Origin: the human T2T-CHM13v2.0 reference genome, Homo sapiens
Assembly (NCBI RefSeq): GCF_009914755.1
Contig: NC_060928.1
Length of the DNA stretch: 64,000 nucleotides
Strand: one strand, 5' to 3'
Within the stretch, counting starts at the first letter, position 1. Each line of letters opens with the position of its first letter. The notes beneath the pieces are model-generated. The model had not been told where the DNA came from. It worked only from the letters and a program-made list of their open reading frames with translations, and made no database searches. The translations under genes were made by a program, and so were the position numbers. This document shows positions 15,400-29,340 of the stretch, piece by piece.

Positions 15400-16830
15400 T
15401 TTCATGTAAACTGAAGGAAAAAAAAAACTTACATTCCCATTATCACTCTTACTACTTCATGGTGTAGTACAGATCCTTTGGAGCACAGCAAGTCAAATAA
15501 AAATGTAAAAACTTCAAAGTATAAAAAGAAAACAAGTTCTTGCTATTTGCAAAGTTATGATTGTGTACATAAACAGTTATACAAATTACTAGAAATAGCA
15601 TGGTTACTAGAAATATCATTAGATATAATTGAGAATTTAGCCAGGCAGCCAGATATAGAAAAATAATCTATTAAATTTTTGTACAATGGAAATGAAAGTT
15701 CACTAGTTACATTCAACAACACCGGTGAATCTTTGTGAAGCTTTGTGTTAAGCTGACAATATGCATTTCATGGACATACAAACATATAGGAAATTTCAAG
15801 AAATATAAGAGAAAACTACACAGAAAATTTAGCATAGGTTTAAGTTGGAGAATCATAGTCAGGCCAGGGATGGCGTAAAGAAGAGAATCATTATTAAATG
15901 GTACATTTTGGAAAAATTATTTTTCATGGATTAGTAGATTCCCAGCTCTTCATTTTATCATTTTTATGTATATTATATTTACGTTTTATTTTCTTCTAAA
16001 TTTGAAATTCCATAATAGGCATTAAGATAAAATAAGATTTGGAAGATTGATAAAAGAAAACAACCTAAGATACAGTAATGGGAAATAAAGAAGGGAAAAT
16101 CAACTAAATAAACAAAGCAAGCAATTACGTAGTATGTAGATTAAACAGGAAGTCTCAACAAAGTCTACTTGGAATTTGACAGTATAAGGGAGAAGCTTTA
16201 TCCAAAGCCATGATAGCTAATAGTTTTTATGACTAGAAAAAGAATTTAAAAAATACGTAAGAAAACCTTAATAAAAGCAGAGCTGGCTATTCAGAAACGT
16301 TGTGATAAAACCGGCAGTCATAAAATAAAAAGTAAACAGGCTTAAAGACACTCACAAAATATATATTACTTATGAGGAAAGAATATTGGACTGGCAGATT
16401 TGTTTTCATCAGCAACAATATCCTAGGAGAAAAAGAATAATAACTCTAAAATATGAAAGAAATATTACTTTTATTCTATAATTTATCTAGCTAACAGAAA
16501 AAAATTATACTTACAGTTGACTTCTATCAACAGTAAATATTGGAAAAATTGAATAATGATATTAAAGTTCTGATGAAAAAATATCCTTCATGCTACAATT
16601 CTATACCCCGCTGTATTCTCATTCAAGCATAAGAATTGGATGGGATTGAGGTACGTGATATTTTTAGAATATAATAAAGCAGAAACATTACTACAGCAAA
16701 ACATTCCTAACTACTTTTGTGATTTAACATTTATAAAACTCGGTTTTTGCACACATAAATTTGGAGGAGGAGGAGCTTACATTACACTTATATTGTGTAC
16801 AAATTGCATGTTAAAATGTGAGTATTAAGA
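15400..16830 (+). mobile_element. Ancient L1M fragments
   Basis: acattcccattatcactcttactacttcatggtgtagtacagatcctttggagcacagcaagtc (ORF2-like) and ttggactggcagatttgttttcatcagcaacaata (ORF1-like). Confidence 0.45.
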
Positions 16831-16840
16831 ACAATGTCTA

Positions 16841-17141
16841 GGCCAGGTGTGGTGGCTCACACCTGTAATCCCAGCACTTTGGAAAACTTAGGCAGGCAGA
16901 TCACTTGAGGTCAGGAGTTGGAGTCCAGCCTGGCCAACATGGTAAAACCCCGTCTCTACTAAAAATACAAAAATTAACCAGGCGTGGGGGCATACGCCTG
17001 TAATCCCAGCTACTTGTGAGGTTGAGGCACAAGAATCCCTTGAACCTGGGAAGCCGAGCTTGCAGTGAGCCGAGATCCTACTACTGCACTCCATACTGGG
17101 CAACAGAGCAAGACTCCATCTCAAACAAAACAAAACAAAAA
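16841..17141 (+). mobile_element. AluSz-like
   Basis: Full dimer with gatcacttgaggtcaggag. Partial TSD agaacaat on both sides. Confidence 0.93.
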
Positions 17142-19785
17142 TAGAACAATTACTTTGTTGGTCCACAATGAATATTACTTGTCTCTTTACTACTTTACTA
17201 TCAGAAATAGTAGTATATATATTTACCTCTATTAAACAATAGAATTAAATCACTTACATTACCTCCTCCAATCTTAGAATTGGCAAGAAGTTAACACCAA
17301 AAATTTTTACAAAAAATGCTATCATTTATCACATATTAATAATGATACAAATGCTGTAAAAAAGACTACTTCCTATAAACAGAAAATTATACATAAAAAT
17401 ATTTTATTCTCTCATTTCCCATGTGCTAATTCATATGATTTATTACATTTATCTTATGCTAACAGTATGTATTAACTTCTCAAATATTTTATTACCCACT
17501 TCTGAAAATAAATTAATAATCTGTATAAGTCATTTTAAAAGTACTGCAAATCACACTCATTGCTAGTGAAATATTTTAGGTGCATGACAACAGTTTTTAT
17601 TTTCTCATCAAAATATATGTTTTTCCTTCTAGACCAACAAACTTCAACAATTTGGAAAAGGGAAAAATGCTGTTGGAGGGATTATTATATACAAAGGCTT
17701 AAACTAAATTTTCCTGATTTTGACCTGTGAAAAAGTAAAGAAAACCTGTAGAATCATTACAGTCAATAATACAGCATTTGCAAATTATCCCTCTGATCCA
17801 TACAGCTTTTAGTTGGCCTGCATGTTCTGTTTGGACACACCATTTCCTCAGACCATTTGCGAAAGTTATTGTTAGCATTTAAGGGGAAATATGTCAGGGA
17901 AGGGGGAAGAGGAGCTAGTATAAACTATGGCTCATTATCAAAGGCTGTTGTTGCAATATGGGGAGTTATGAGTAAAGCGAGGGTTATATTGGAGAGAAGA
18001 AAGATAATACAGCAAAGAAGGACAGTGAATGTGGTGAGAATAAGAAGTAAAAAAGAGAATCCAAAGAAATATTGTTCTGATGTCTTGGGTAGAAACCTTC
18101 ATTCTGCTTTCATCTACTTAGTTGTAAATTTTGGGAAAAGCTGTTTACCTTGTGGTATCGTCAGCTTGCGGAGGCTCTTGAGAGCTGTATTTAAGTTCTT
18201 CTATTGGAGTGCACTTCCATGAAGACTGGCTTTTTTACATTTTTAGCTAAGAAACACTAATTTAAGGTCACACTGCCTGGGGTTTGGCAACAGTGTTGGT
18301 TGTGAAAGAACATGGATATGATAGTAAGAACATATTTATAATCATGGGAATTAAGAAGCTGAATAAAATCTAGCTGTCAATGAAGAAAAGTTCCTAAACA
18401 TCTGCATTTTAATAAAACTTTATAGGTAGTAATGTAAATCACCAATTGATTCTCCTTCATACAGAGAAGAACGAGGGAGAATCTATTTCTAAATCTGCCA
18501 TAAAATAAGACTCACATCTCCTCTCCCTTAATTGCTACTCATTTTATTGCCTTTGTTCTAATTGAACACTGCACTAAAACCATTTTAAAGTAATATATTT
18601 AGAAAGAAATAAAAAGTAACAGACTTTGTTTCTAAATAATTATGTACAGAAGTTTTAACTGGCTTCAAAACCTTTTATTATTAAAATGACTTACTTATGC
18701 TATGATTCAATCTTCCTAAGTTTTGGCTACCATGTCCTACATCTTCTTCAAATGCACCAATCACACAATCTGATCATGCAAATGTATACAAATATTTAAC
18801 TCTAAGAACTACATACTTAATAATATCAAAAAGAGCAATACATTTTAAATAAATAGTTTTAAGCCTTTCTTTTTAAGAAAGCTGGAAAGATGGAAACTGA
18901 ATAACTTTGGAGAACAAGAAAAAATTACAAAATTAATATGATAAATCCTATGATAAACATATTCTCTTTCATAAAATTAATTGTATTTTCTCAGAATAAA
19001 AGATGATGCTTTAACTTCACATATATACCTAAATTACAATATGAAGTGTAGCAATAATTTGCTGTCAGTGTTGACTTTTTCAATGAATAAACTGAAAAAT
19101 TATACTTTTTAGAGTAAATAAATATTTTTAAGCAACTTCCTTTTGAAATCCATATTGTTTCTATTTGTAGGCTAAAGCACAAATACTTTTCTTTGAACTT
19201 GTTTCATGGCCGATAAGAAAATTTATTGTTTGAGAAATTACTATTAATATATTACTTGCATTGATATTAATTTGTTGTATTATGATTCTTAGTATCTAAA
19301 GTTGCTGATAAATTATGTAATGAACATTTAAAACACCTGATATATTTTTGGGTGATGGCCAACATCCATGCTGCTGACAACCATAACTGCTATTTGTTCT
19401 AATGCACAATTAATGACATTAGAAAAATAAATATATTTTCAATAAATAAGAAGTTTTGCTAACTGACTCATTTGAATCACTTTCATAAATGCTGGAATTT
19501 TCTTCATAAGTTTTTATTTTTCAGGAATATTACAGATTTGAGTAGACAGTCATTATTATCATGCAGTATGATTTCATCTACTTATGAAAATTCACTTCAC
19601 TGCAGTTCATTACACAGCTGATTTTCAGCATTTTCTTCATTCTATTGATTCTTCAGGAAACCATATCATTGTCCAGTGGACAATGGAATAGAATAAATTA
19701 TTTCATTTGGATTTTCTTCCATTACCATACTAATAATGTATTGTGCAAGTAGTATGATTAATTAGTTTTTAATATTATGTGGCTT

Positions 19786-20586
<801 letters not shown>

Positions 20587-21084
20587 ACAAACTTTTTTCA
20601 CCATTTATCTTATTTGACAAAAACATGACAATGCCAAGAGATTTCTATCATGATTAAAAAACTTTTTAATTGTAGAAGAGGAAAATACTGCTTTAATATT
20701 TCTGATAAATATCAGAAATAATACATATGTAATATTTTAAAAGCTAATTTATTTATAAAATGTTCACTTAGCCTTTATGCATTGATTTTAACAGTGATAG
20801 AGAATACGTATCAGCAGAGTAAGACATTAGTGCATCACTTGGATGTATAGCTTTAAAGTTAAATTCCAAGGACTAAAATTAAGCTTTTGCCACTCTTAAT
20901 CCAACCACTCAAGCTTTTACACTTTGTTACAAGACAAAAAGAAATATATAAATGATCCAGTGTGAATGCTAAAATACTGCAGCTACACATGCATATGAAA
21001 TACAATTTTGCTGTATTGAGTACTAAAATATCACAGGTGATTGCCATAGGTAATGCTGTTTCTGCAAAGTAGGAGCTAGTTCTT
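20587..21084 (+). repeat. ~498-bp direct repeat, copy 2
   Basis: Starts at the base right after the AluY 5' end (ggcc|acaaac) and ends ggagctagttctt. Confidence 0.97.
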
Positions 21085-21088
21085 ATAA

Positions 21089-21581
<493 letters not shown>

Positions 21582-22980
21582 TAAGTTTGCAAACTTATTT
21601 CTCAATATTTACCTTTCAATTAGTATTGTACAGGGACTGATAGTTACAAAATTGTATTAGTTTTTACTTGCCAAACAGTATATTTGAAGTTTCATTAATT
21701 TGTTTGAAAACCAGATAAACTTGTTTTCAGTTTCTAATTTTTATTTTTGTCCCACATTGCTAATCTGAACTAAATAATTAAATTTAAAATGAATATACAT
21801 AGTCCAATCTAATGAAAAAGGTATGGATAAAAATGTAGTTATTTTGTTATGGACTCTAAAACCCTTCCATATAAGTAGCAATCTTGCTACTGGTGAAAAG
21901 AGATGGGGTGGATTCACGACCATGGAAACTGCTGAGAAGGAAAGATTCAATTTCACTACAAGAGTACAAAGTTTCAGAAACAAGTTTCTTTCAAATTAAA
22001 ATAATGTTTGCACTGCTTAATAATTGATTTCTTGACAGGAGAGTCAACTCTATTCTCATTATGCATAAAGCAGGCAAGGAGATTGCACAGGCAGTGTTTC
22101 TATTTCCTTCATGTGACTTCTGGAATTAGCTCAAGGTTCACAAGTGAATAAAAATAAACTTTTTAATTAATACTGTAATTCTTTATTAGGCTTGTTAATG
22201 ATTACTGGCCCTTCTGATTTTGACAAGGGGGTAATTTTTATTGGTCTAGTTGGCTAATAGACCTTTGCCTTTGGTGATGTTCTTGTCACACTCTCTTGCA
22301 TGCTTCCTAGAAAATAACAATTAAATTTAATAGAATATTTATCATTATTTCAAAGCTGTAACCTTTTTTGTACTATACAACTGCTAAGATCTGAATGCAA
22401 TATTTGCATTTAAATTAATTCAAAAGGATTAAATGGCAGTTTGTAAAGCACAATGAAGTAAATATAGAGATATACCTGACTTAATAAAATAGCTATTATT
22501 TATGTAGCCATTTATGCATTTCAAATACTGTTGAAATATTGCTTTACTTTAACTCTTTACCAAAAAGGAAATATTAAGCCCAATTTAAAATTTACAAAAC
22601 TGAGTTAACAGAAGTTATATATGTATGCATATATATATACACATACACACATATTATATATATGTAGAATAATATAAAAATTTTGACTATTATTTTAACC
22701 TAGTAAATTTCACATGGTTTAGCTGGTGAGTGACTGAGGCATGCTTGGCACTCTGATCTTTCTGCTTTCAAGGCACTGCTCACCACATCGTGGCCTCTAC
22801 TTCTCCCTGGCAATGTCTCCAGTGAAAACAGAAAATTTTGTATTATGTTATAGTTTAGATTTACCAGGAAAGCTAGATCTAAAAAATGTGGAGTGGACTT
22901 TGTTTGTCATGTAAACATACATATGCTTTAAGAGAACTTAAATTAAGCTTTTGGTGGTAATTTTTCTAAAGGTATAGGTA

Positions 22981-24024
22981 TGCAACAAAAGCCAAAATTG
23001 ACAAATGGGATCGAATTATACTAAAGAGCTTCTGCACAGCAAAATAAACTACCCTCGGAGTGAACAGGCAACCTACAGAATGGGAAATAATTTTTGCAAT
23101 CTACTCATCTGACAAAGGGCTAATATCCAGTTATCTACAAAGAACTTAAACAAATTTACAAGAAAAAAACAAACAACCCCATCAAAAAGTGGGCAAAGGA
23201 TATGAACAGACATTTCTGAAAAGAAGACATTTGTGCATCCAACAGACACATGAAAAAATGCTCATCATCACTGGCCATCAGATAAATGCAAATCAAAACC
23301 ACAATGACATACCATCTCACACCAGTTAGAATGATGATCATTAAAAAGTCAGGAAACAACAGATGCTGGAGAGGTTGTGGAGAAATAGGAACACTTTTAC
23401 ACTGTTGGTGGGACTATAAACTAGTTCAACCATTGTGGAAGACAGGGTGGCGATTCCTCAAGGATCTAGAATTAGAAATATCATTTGACCCAGCCATCCC
23501 ATTGCTGGGTATATACCCAAAGGATTATAAATCATGCTGCTATAAAGACACATGAACACGTATGTTCATTGCAGCACTATTCACAATAGCAAAGACTTCG
23601 AACCAACCCAAATGTCCATCAATGATAGACTGGATTAAGAAAATGTGGCACATATACCCCATGGAATACTATGCATCCATAAAAAATGATGAGTTCATGT
23701 CCTTTGTAAGGACATGGATGAAGCTGGAAACCATCATTCTCAGCAAACTATCGCAAGGACAAAAAAATCAAACACCGCATGTTCTCACTCATAGGTGGGA
23801 ATTGAACAATGAGAACACTTGGACACAGGAAGGGGAACATCACACACTGGGGTCTGCAGTGGGGTTGGGGGGGGAGGGATAGCATTAGGAGATATACCTA
23901 ATGTAAATGACCAGTTAATGGGTGCAGCACACGAACATGGCACATGTATACATATGTAACAAACCTGCACGTTGTGCACATGTACCCTAGAACTTAAAGT
24001 ATAATAATAAAAAATAAATTAAAA
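22981..24024 (+). mobile_element. L1PA4/5-like, 5'-truncated (~1.04 kb), with TSD
   Basis: ORF2 C-terminal peptides [16 protein letters not shown]... and MFIAALFTIAKT.NQPKCPS. The 3'UTR ends gtaccctagaacttaaagtataat. TSD aaaggtatag at 22968-22977 and 24025-24034. Confidence 0.96.
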
Positions 24025-24409
24025 AAAGGTATAGCTTAAAGCTGCCTGATCCATCTCTTATATAAATTTCTATCTTTGTAATGCTATTAAGTTTTAATAT
24101 CTTTACCTTTAGAAAGGAAACACAACATATAATAAGTATGAACTGATTAAATTCCACTTGTTAAGACAGCTGAAGAACACAGAAATTATATCTCCGATTC
24201 TTGCTTAGATGTAATTGTTCAGATATGAGACAATTAACTTATTCAGGTCTAAGGAACTCACGTAGAAAGAAACCTGGAAGAACACATGAAAACTTTTATG
24301 TGACTTTTCATAAATAACTCATTATTGTATATCTAGTAATTCTGGGGAAAATAAAGAATTGAGATATATCCAGATAACTTAAAATTTCATCCAGCTCTAA
24401 ATTTGGTGA

Positions 24410-24525
24410 CTCAGTCCAGTTCAACAAAATTTAATGATTAGGATTACATGTGAGCACAGTGGTCCAGTTATTGCAGAATAATACAAAATCAAGGACAAGA
24501 TTCCAATCTGCATGGGTTTCAATTA
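24410..24525 (-). mobile_element. L2 3' fragment
   Basis: tcagtccagttcaacaaaatttaatgatt...acatgtgagcacagtg. Confidence 0.45.
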
Positions 24526-24739
24526 ACATGATGCCATTCAAAATATTTAAAATATTTGAGATAACATGGCCATGCTGGTATATAACTTTTAGCTAGCACA
24601 TTATTCTTTAAGGTTAGGAGGCTTACAAATTCTTCCCCAACAATGTACAAAAACAGTGTTAGATAAGTTTTATGAATATTCTGAAACACTCATAATGACA
24701 GTAATGGCTGAATTAACTTAAAATATGTTAATTTCATGA

Positions 24740-24935
24740 TTATAATAGCTAATGCTATGATCTCGACATAATCACATTATTTAATTTTTAGAGCACACTT
24801 AGAATTAGTTACGTTTTGTATGTCCATTATACAGTCAAAGGAACAAATTATACTTGCACAGATTCCCTGCACTAGTTGCTGGCGAACTGAGCACTTTGAA
24901 GCACCTGGCTTCAAATTCCAAGTTCCTGAGCCTCA
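24740..24935 (-). mobile_element. MIR
   Basis: ataatagctaatg...tgtccattatacagtcaaaggaac...acttgcacagattccctgcactagt. Confidence 0.5.
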
Positions 24936-25413
24936 GGAATCACTGCTTTTTGTATAGATACTGTGATTTCTTCTATGTGAGAACTACTGTGGAAAGCAGA
25001 AAGCATGAGTTTTAAAATTACTTTATCCTATGTTGAATCTCACATTTGAAATTTACTGTGATTTAGAAAACTATCAGTTAAACTGTTTGAGAGAGCTCTG
25101 TTATCTCCTAGCGATTCTCTAAGCATGGCTCCCACCACGCAGCACATTGCAATCTCACTATAAACATTCATTTTGTTCCTTTCACTCTATAATGAAAAGT
25201 AAGGTATTTTAAATGTACTTCTGGAAGTATCCACTGAAGTATCATAATTCAGAAATAGGTGGAAAGTAATTATTAAGGTAATCACAAACTTTATTAAAGA
25301 AATGCATTTGTATTCATTTGAATATATATTTTAATTTGAGCTGGATAGTAGATAAGATTTCCTAGTAGGAATTTGTTCAGATACAGTATCAAATTAGTAC
25401 TATATGTCAGCAC

Positions 25414-25462
25414 TATATATATATATGTATATATGTGTATATGTGTATATATGTGTATATAT
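25414..25462. repeat. (TA)n/(TATG)n microsatellite
   Basis: tatatatatatatgtatatatgtgtatatgtgtatatatgtgtatatata. Confidence 0.9.
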
Positions 25463-26318
25463 AAACATATTAACTCATACTATTTTTAATTTTTATGTAA
25501 ATAATACATATATATAAATCATTCAGAGGTATGGAACAATACTTGGGAGTTGCTAATTTATAGAGTAAAGGTCTCTAATATTATACATACATTGTGCAGT
25601 TGCTTTTAGAATATATGTTTTTTCAACAGTCTCCAGATAAAGCATATCTAAACTCTCTAAAAATTTCAAAAAGAGGTGAAATTCCAATATATTAATTTTG
25701 CTGTAAAAGAAACCACAATGTTAGCTCACGTATCTTTAATTTATCATATCCTTCTATGCCTTAAGTTATAGGCAGAATACAGAAAATATAAATGTTTTCA
25801 TGCTAGAAGCCTCTTACAATTATGGTATTGAAATTAGTCTTTTGTTAATGAAGTAACTGCTGGGGTCAAGATTATTATTGAATGAGTCATGAATTTATAA
25901 AAATATCAAGACGAATTTGAATTGTTCTTTATCTCTCAGAAGCTAAGTGGGGGAGACAAATGGTCAGTTCCTTGGAGAAGGAGAGATCTTCAGTAAAATG
26001 TGGTGAATTATGAGAGTAACACAGGAACAAAGAACATACTAAAATTCAGAGGCCAGTCAATGAGTCCAGTTGAGGTAGTCCTGGAAGGTCGAATTGCGGA
26101 GGGGTGTTATTTACCTGTGTAGTAAGCCAGAGATCACATAGTCAATAGATTGCACATAGATTTAGGTAGTTCTATTTCTGGTGATGCCTGATTAATGTTC
26201 TTAAAGAATCAAACAGAGCTAAATATTTGAGAAAAATAATATTTACATTATGAGTTGATGCACTACATTAATTATAGAAAAATATAGTGTTTATCTTTGG
26301 AAGTTGTGGCTTGTTACT

Positions 26319-26487
26319 CTTTTTTTGTTGTTTTGAGACAGAGTTTTGCCTGTCACCCATTCTTTAATGTTGCCTAAGTTTTTTGTATTTTTAGTAGAGA
26401 TGGGGTTTCACCATGTTGGCCAGGCTAATCTTGAACTCCTGACCTCATGATCCACCTCAGCCTCCCAAAGTGCCACTGCGCCTGGCC
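26319..26487 (-). mobile_element. AluS reduced to ~169 bp by internal deletions; both ends and TSD intact
   Basis: TSD ggcttgttact at 26308-26318 and 26488-26498. Tail, linker and the 5' ggcc are present. Confidence 0.9.
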
Positions 26488-26689
26488 GGCTTGTTACTTT
26501 CTTCCGATCTTTAACATTTGCATTTTTCTCTGCTGTATTGTTCAAACATCTTCACTTTGTACTGCAGAACACAAGATGCTATGAGTATACATTTCTACTT
26601 TTTAAGATTATATACAATGACCTATAATATGTGATCTTATTCCTCTTTCTGTGACTTCAAAGAATCTCTCTCCTTCTCCCTCTTAGATT

Positions 26690-27180
26690 CTCTTCAGTAT
26701 TTTTTATTATTCCCATTGCTGACTCCCTCTCGCCACTGCCATTGCTTTTGTCTAGGCATAATGTTATGATGTTTTATTTCAATAGCTTCCTTTCTGAACT
26801 TCCATCTTTCATTCTAAACCATTTTGAAACCATGTTTCATGCTTTTTTAAAAGCTGCAAATCCAATCACACCATCAGTGCTTTTAGGAATTACATTAATT
26901 GTCTTTTTTATTTAATTCAAAATATTCTGTATCACTTACCTCTTTTTTTTTTTTTTAAATCCCTCTCTATTTTCCTTGATCAGCTATGGACAATTCTATT
27001 TATACTTCCCTCAGTTAAAGCATGTTTATCTCTGCATGTTTTTCTTCTTGTTATTGTTTTTGCCTGAAATGGCCTCAATCTTCTCACTTTCGTTTTTTAC
27101 TTAAATAATTTTTCTTTTACTATATGCTGCAAATGGCTTCTTCTCTATGAAAGCTTTTAATCCCAAGTCTTATTTGGATG
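26690..27180 (+). mobile_element. L2 fragment
   Basis: ccactgccattgcttttgtctaggc...atttcaatagcttcctttctgaacttcc...aaaagctgcaaatccaatcacacc. Confidence 0.6.
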
Positions 27181-27299
27181 TTTTTTGCCAATCATTTTTA
27201 TCAGATTCATCATGATGCTTCATTAGCAGATGCTGTGATTAAGAATACTCCCAATGATACCAAATAATATGAGACATTTCAAGTTCTATACATTTACCT

Positions 27300-28262
27300 A
27301 TTTTTAATTAAACATTTCATTTTAAAATAACAGTGGATCCACATGCAGTTGTAAGAATAAATACAAAGAGACAAACATTTTATCCAATTTATTTTAATAA
27401 TAGCATCTTACAAAACTATGGCAGAGATCTCAGCTAGAATATTGGCTTTGATCTTATTCAGATTTGTGCAGTTTTACATGTACAAATTTAAGTATGTGTG
27501 TTTATATTTAGTTCCATTTTTATCAAATGGAGTTTTATCAAATTTTATTAAAACTGGACATTTGGATATACCCCACCTTGAAAATACAGAGAATAATTTC
27601 ATCACTACTAGGATATCTGATGTTACTCTTTTATAAAAGTGCACCCACTTCTTCCCCACCCTTATTTTCATCCGTATCACTTGCCAACCAATAATCATTT
27701 TTACATTTTATTTTTTTCATCTGAAAATGTTACAAAATGAATGAATGGAAAGACAAAATGTGATGTGTATATACAATAAAATATTAGCCTTAAGAAAGAA
27801 TTAAATCAATGACAAATTTAGCAACATGGATTAAGTTTGAGGACATTATGTCAAGAGAAATAACTTCATCACAAAAGAAAAAATATTGGGATTCCATTTA
27901 TATGAGGTATCTAGAGGAGTCAAATACATAAAGACAGAAAACAGAATAGTGGTTGCCACAGGCTGGAGGAAGCAAGAATAAAGAATTCATCCTTAATAAG
28001 TACACAATTTCAGATGGGGAAGAGGAAAAAGTTTTGAAGATGAATGGGGCTCATGATAGCACAATAATGTAATGTACTTAGTGCTACAGAACTGCTTAAA
28101 AATGCTATTTTTATGTTGTGTATATTTAACCACAATAAAAATGTCACATAAATGAAATTATGCAGTATGTTACCTATTGATAATAGGTTTTTTTCAATTA
28201 GCCTAAACCTGTGGAGAGTCATTCAAGTTTTTGTGTGTATTAAAAGTTTATTTCTTGTTAAT
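27300..28262 (-). mobile_element. L1MC/MD-like 3' end, split by an L1MB insertion
   Basis: ttttaaaataacagtggatccacatgcagttgtaagaata... resumes at ~28140 with aaatgaaattatgcagtatgttacct. Confidence 0.7.
27738..28140 (+). mobile_element. L1MB2/3-like 3' end
   Basis: gattccatttatatgaggtatctagaggagtcaaatacataaagacagaaa...tatatttaaccacaataaaa. Confidence 0.85.
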
Positions 28263-28289
28263 CTATTTTGTTTTTTTTTTTTTCATCTA

Positions 28290-28797
28290 TTTGTGTTTCC
28301 TTTCACCAGCACCACATTGCCTTTCTTACTACAGCTGTATAGTAAGCTTTGAAGTTGGATAATGTCAGTCTTCTGGCTTTATTTTTCTACTTTGATAGTG
28401 TATTGACTATTCTGGGTCTTTTGCATTTCCATATAAACATTAAAATAAGTTTGTCAGTATGCTAACAAATAAATTGGTCATATTTTGATTTAGAAGGCAC
28501 TGATTCTATAGATCAAGTTGGGAACAGCAGATATCTTAATAATATTGAATCTTTCTATCCATGAACATGGAATAGCTCTGTAATTACTTTGTTCTTTGAT
28601 TTCTTTTATCAGAGAATTTTTGTTAGCTTTCCTCATAGAAATTTCATACTACATTTTTTCTAAAATTTTAAAGTGCTAACGGTTTCGACATATTCCATAA
28701 AAACTTAAACCTATTTTGCGTTAATAAGTAAAATCTGAGACTTAATTCAAGATATGGTTCTTCTATTTTTATCTATCTATCTATCTATCTATCTATC

Positions 28798-28844
<47 letters not shown>

Positions 28845-29340
28845 ATCTATGTATCTATCTATCAGGCCTATGAATGTACATGTAATGTGTAGCATTGCTA
28901 AAAATGAAAAATAGCAGATATAAGAAAGTATTAGATTGATTACACAAATATGTTCGGAATTGGTTGCTCCAGAACCAATTGTCAAAAAGGTTATCATACC
29001 TACATTGAACTGCTTTGGCACATTTATTCAAAAATTAGTTGTACCTGTTTGTTTGATTTTGTTTTGGGGGTTATCTATTCTGTTTTTTAATCTATGTGTC
29101 TATCCCTACATTAACACCATATTAACTTAATTATTTTAGCTAGATATTATGACTTATTATTGAGTGGAGTGATTCTTTCCACTATATATTTATTTTACAA
29201 GATTACATTCAGTATTGCATTGTTCATATCTTCCAATATAAATTTTAGAATAATCTTTTCTATATCTACAAAAAACCCTTATTGACATTTTCATATAGAT
29301 TTTTTAAAAAATATATGTACAAATTTGAGGAATATTAATG
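28290..29340 (-). mobile_element. L1M ORF2 fragments, interrupted by an STR
   Basis: gactattctgggtcttttgcatttccatataaac...ttctatagatcaagttgggaacagcagatatcttaataatattgaatctttctatccatgaacatgg. Confidence 0.75.
28770..28863. repeat. Compound GATA tetranucleotide STR: (TATC)7 ATC (TATC)11 ATC TATG (TATC)3
   Basis: Counted directly from the sequence. Confidence 0.95.

Noticed and set aside
23286-23882. L1 ORF2-like peptides (also 3628-4039 and 63430-63935)
   Set aside because: Real homology, but these are truncated, stop- or frameshift-interrupted L1 fossils, not functional CDS.
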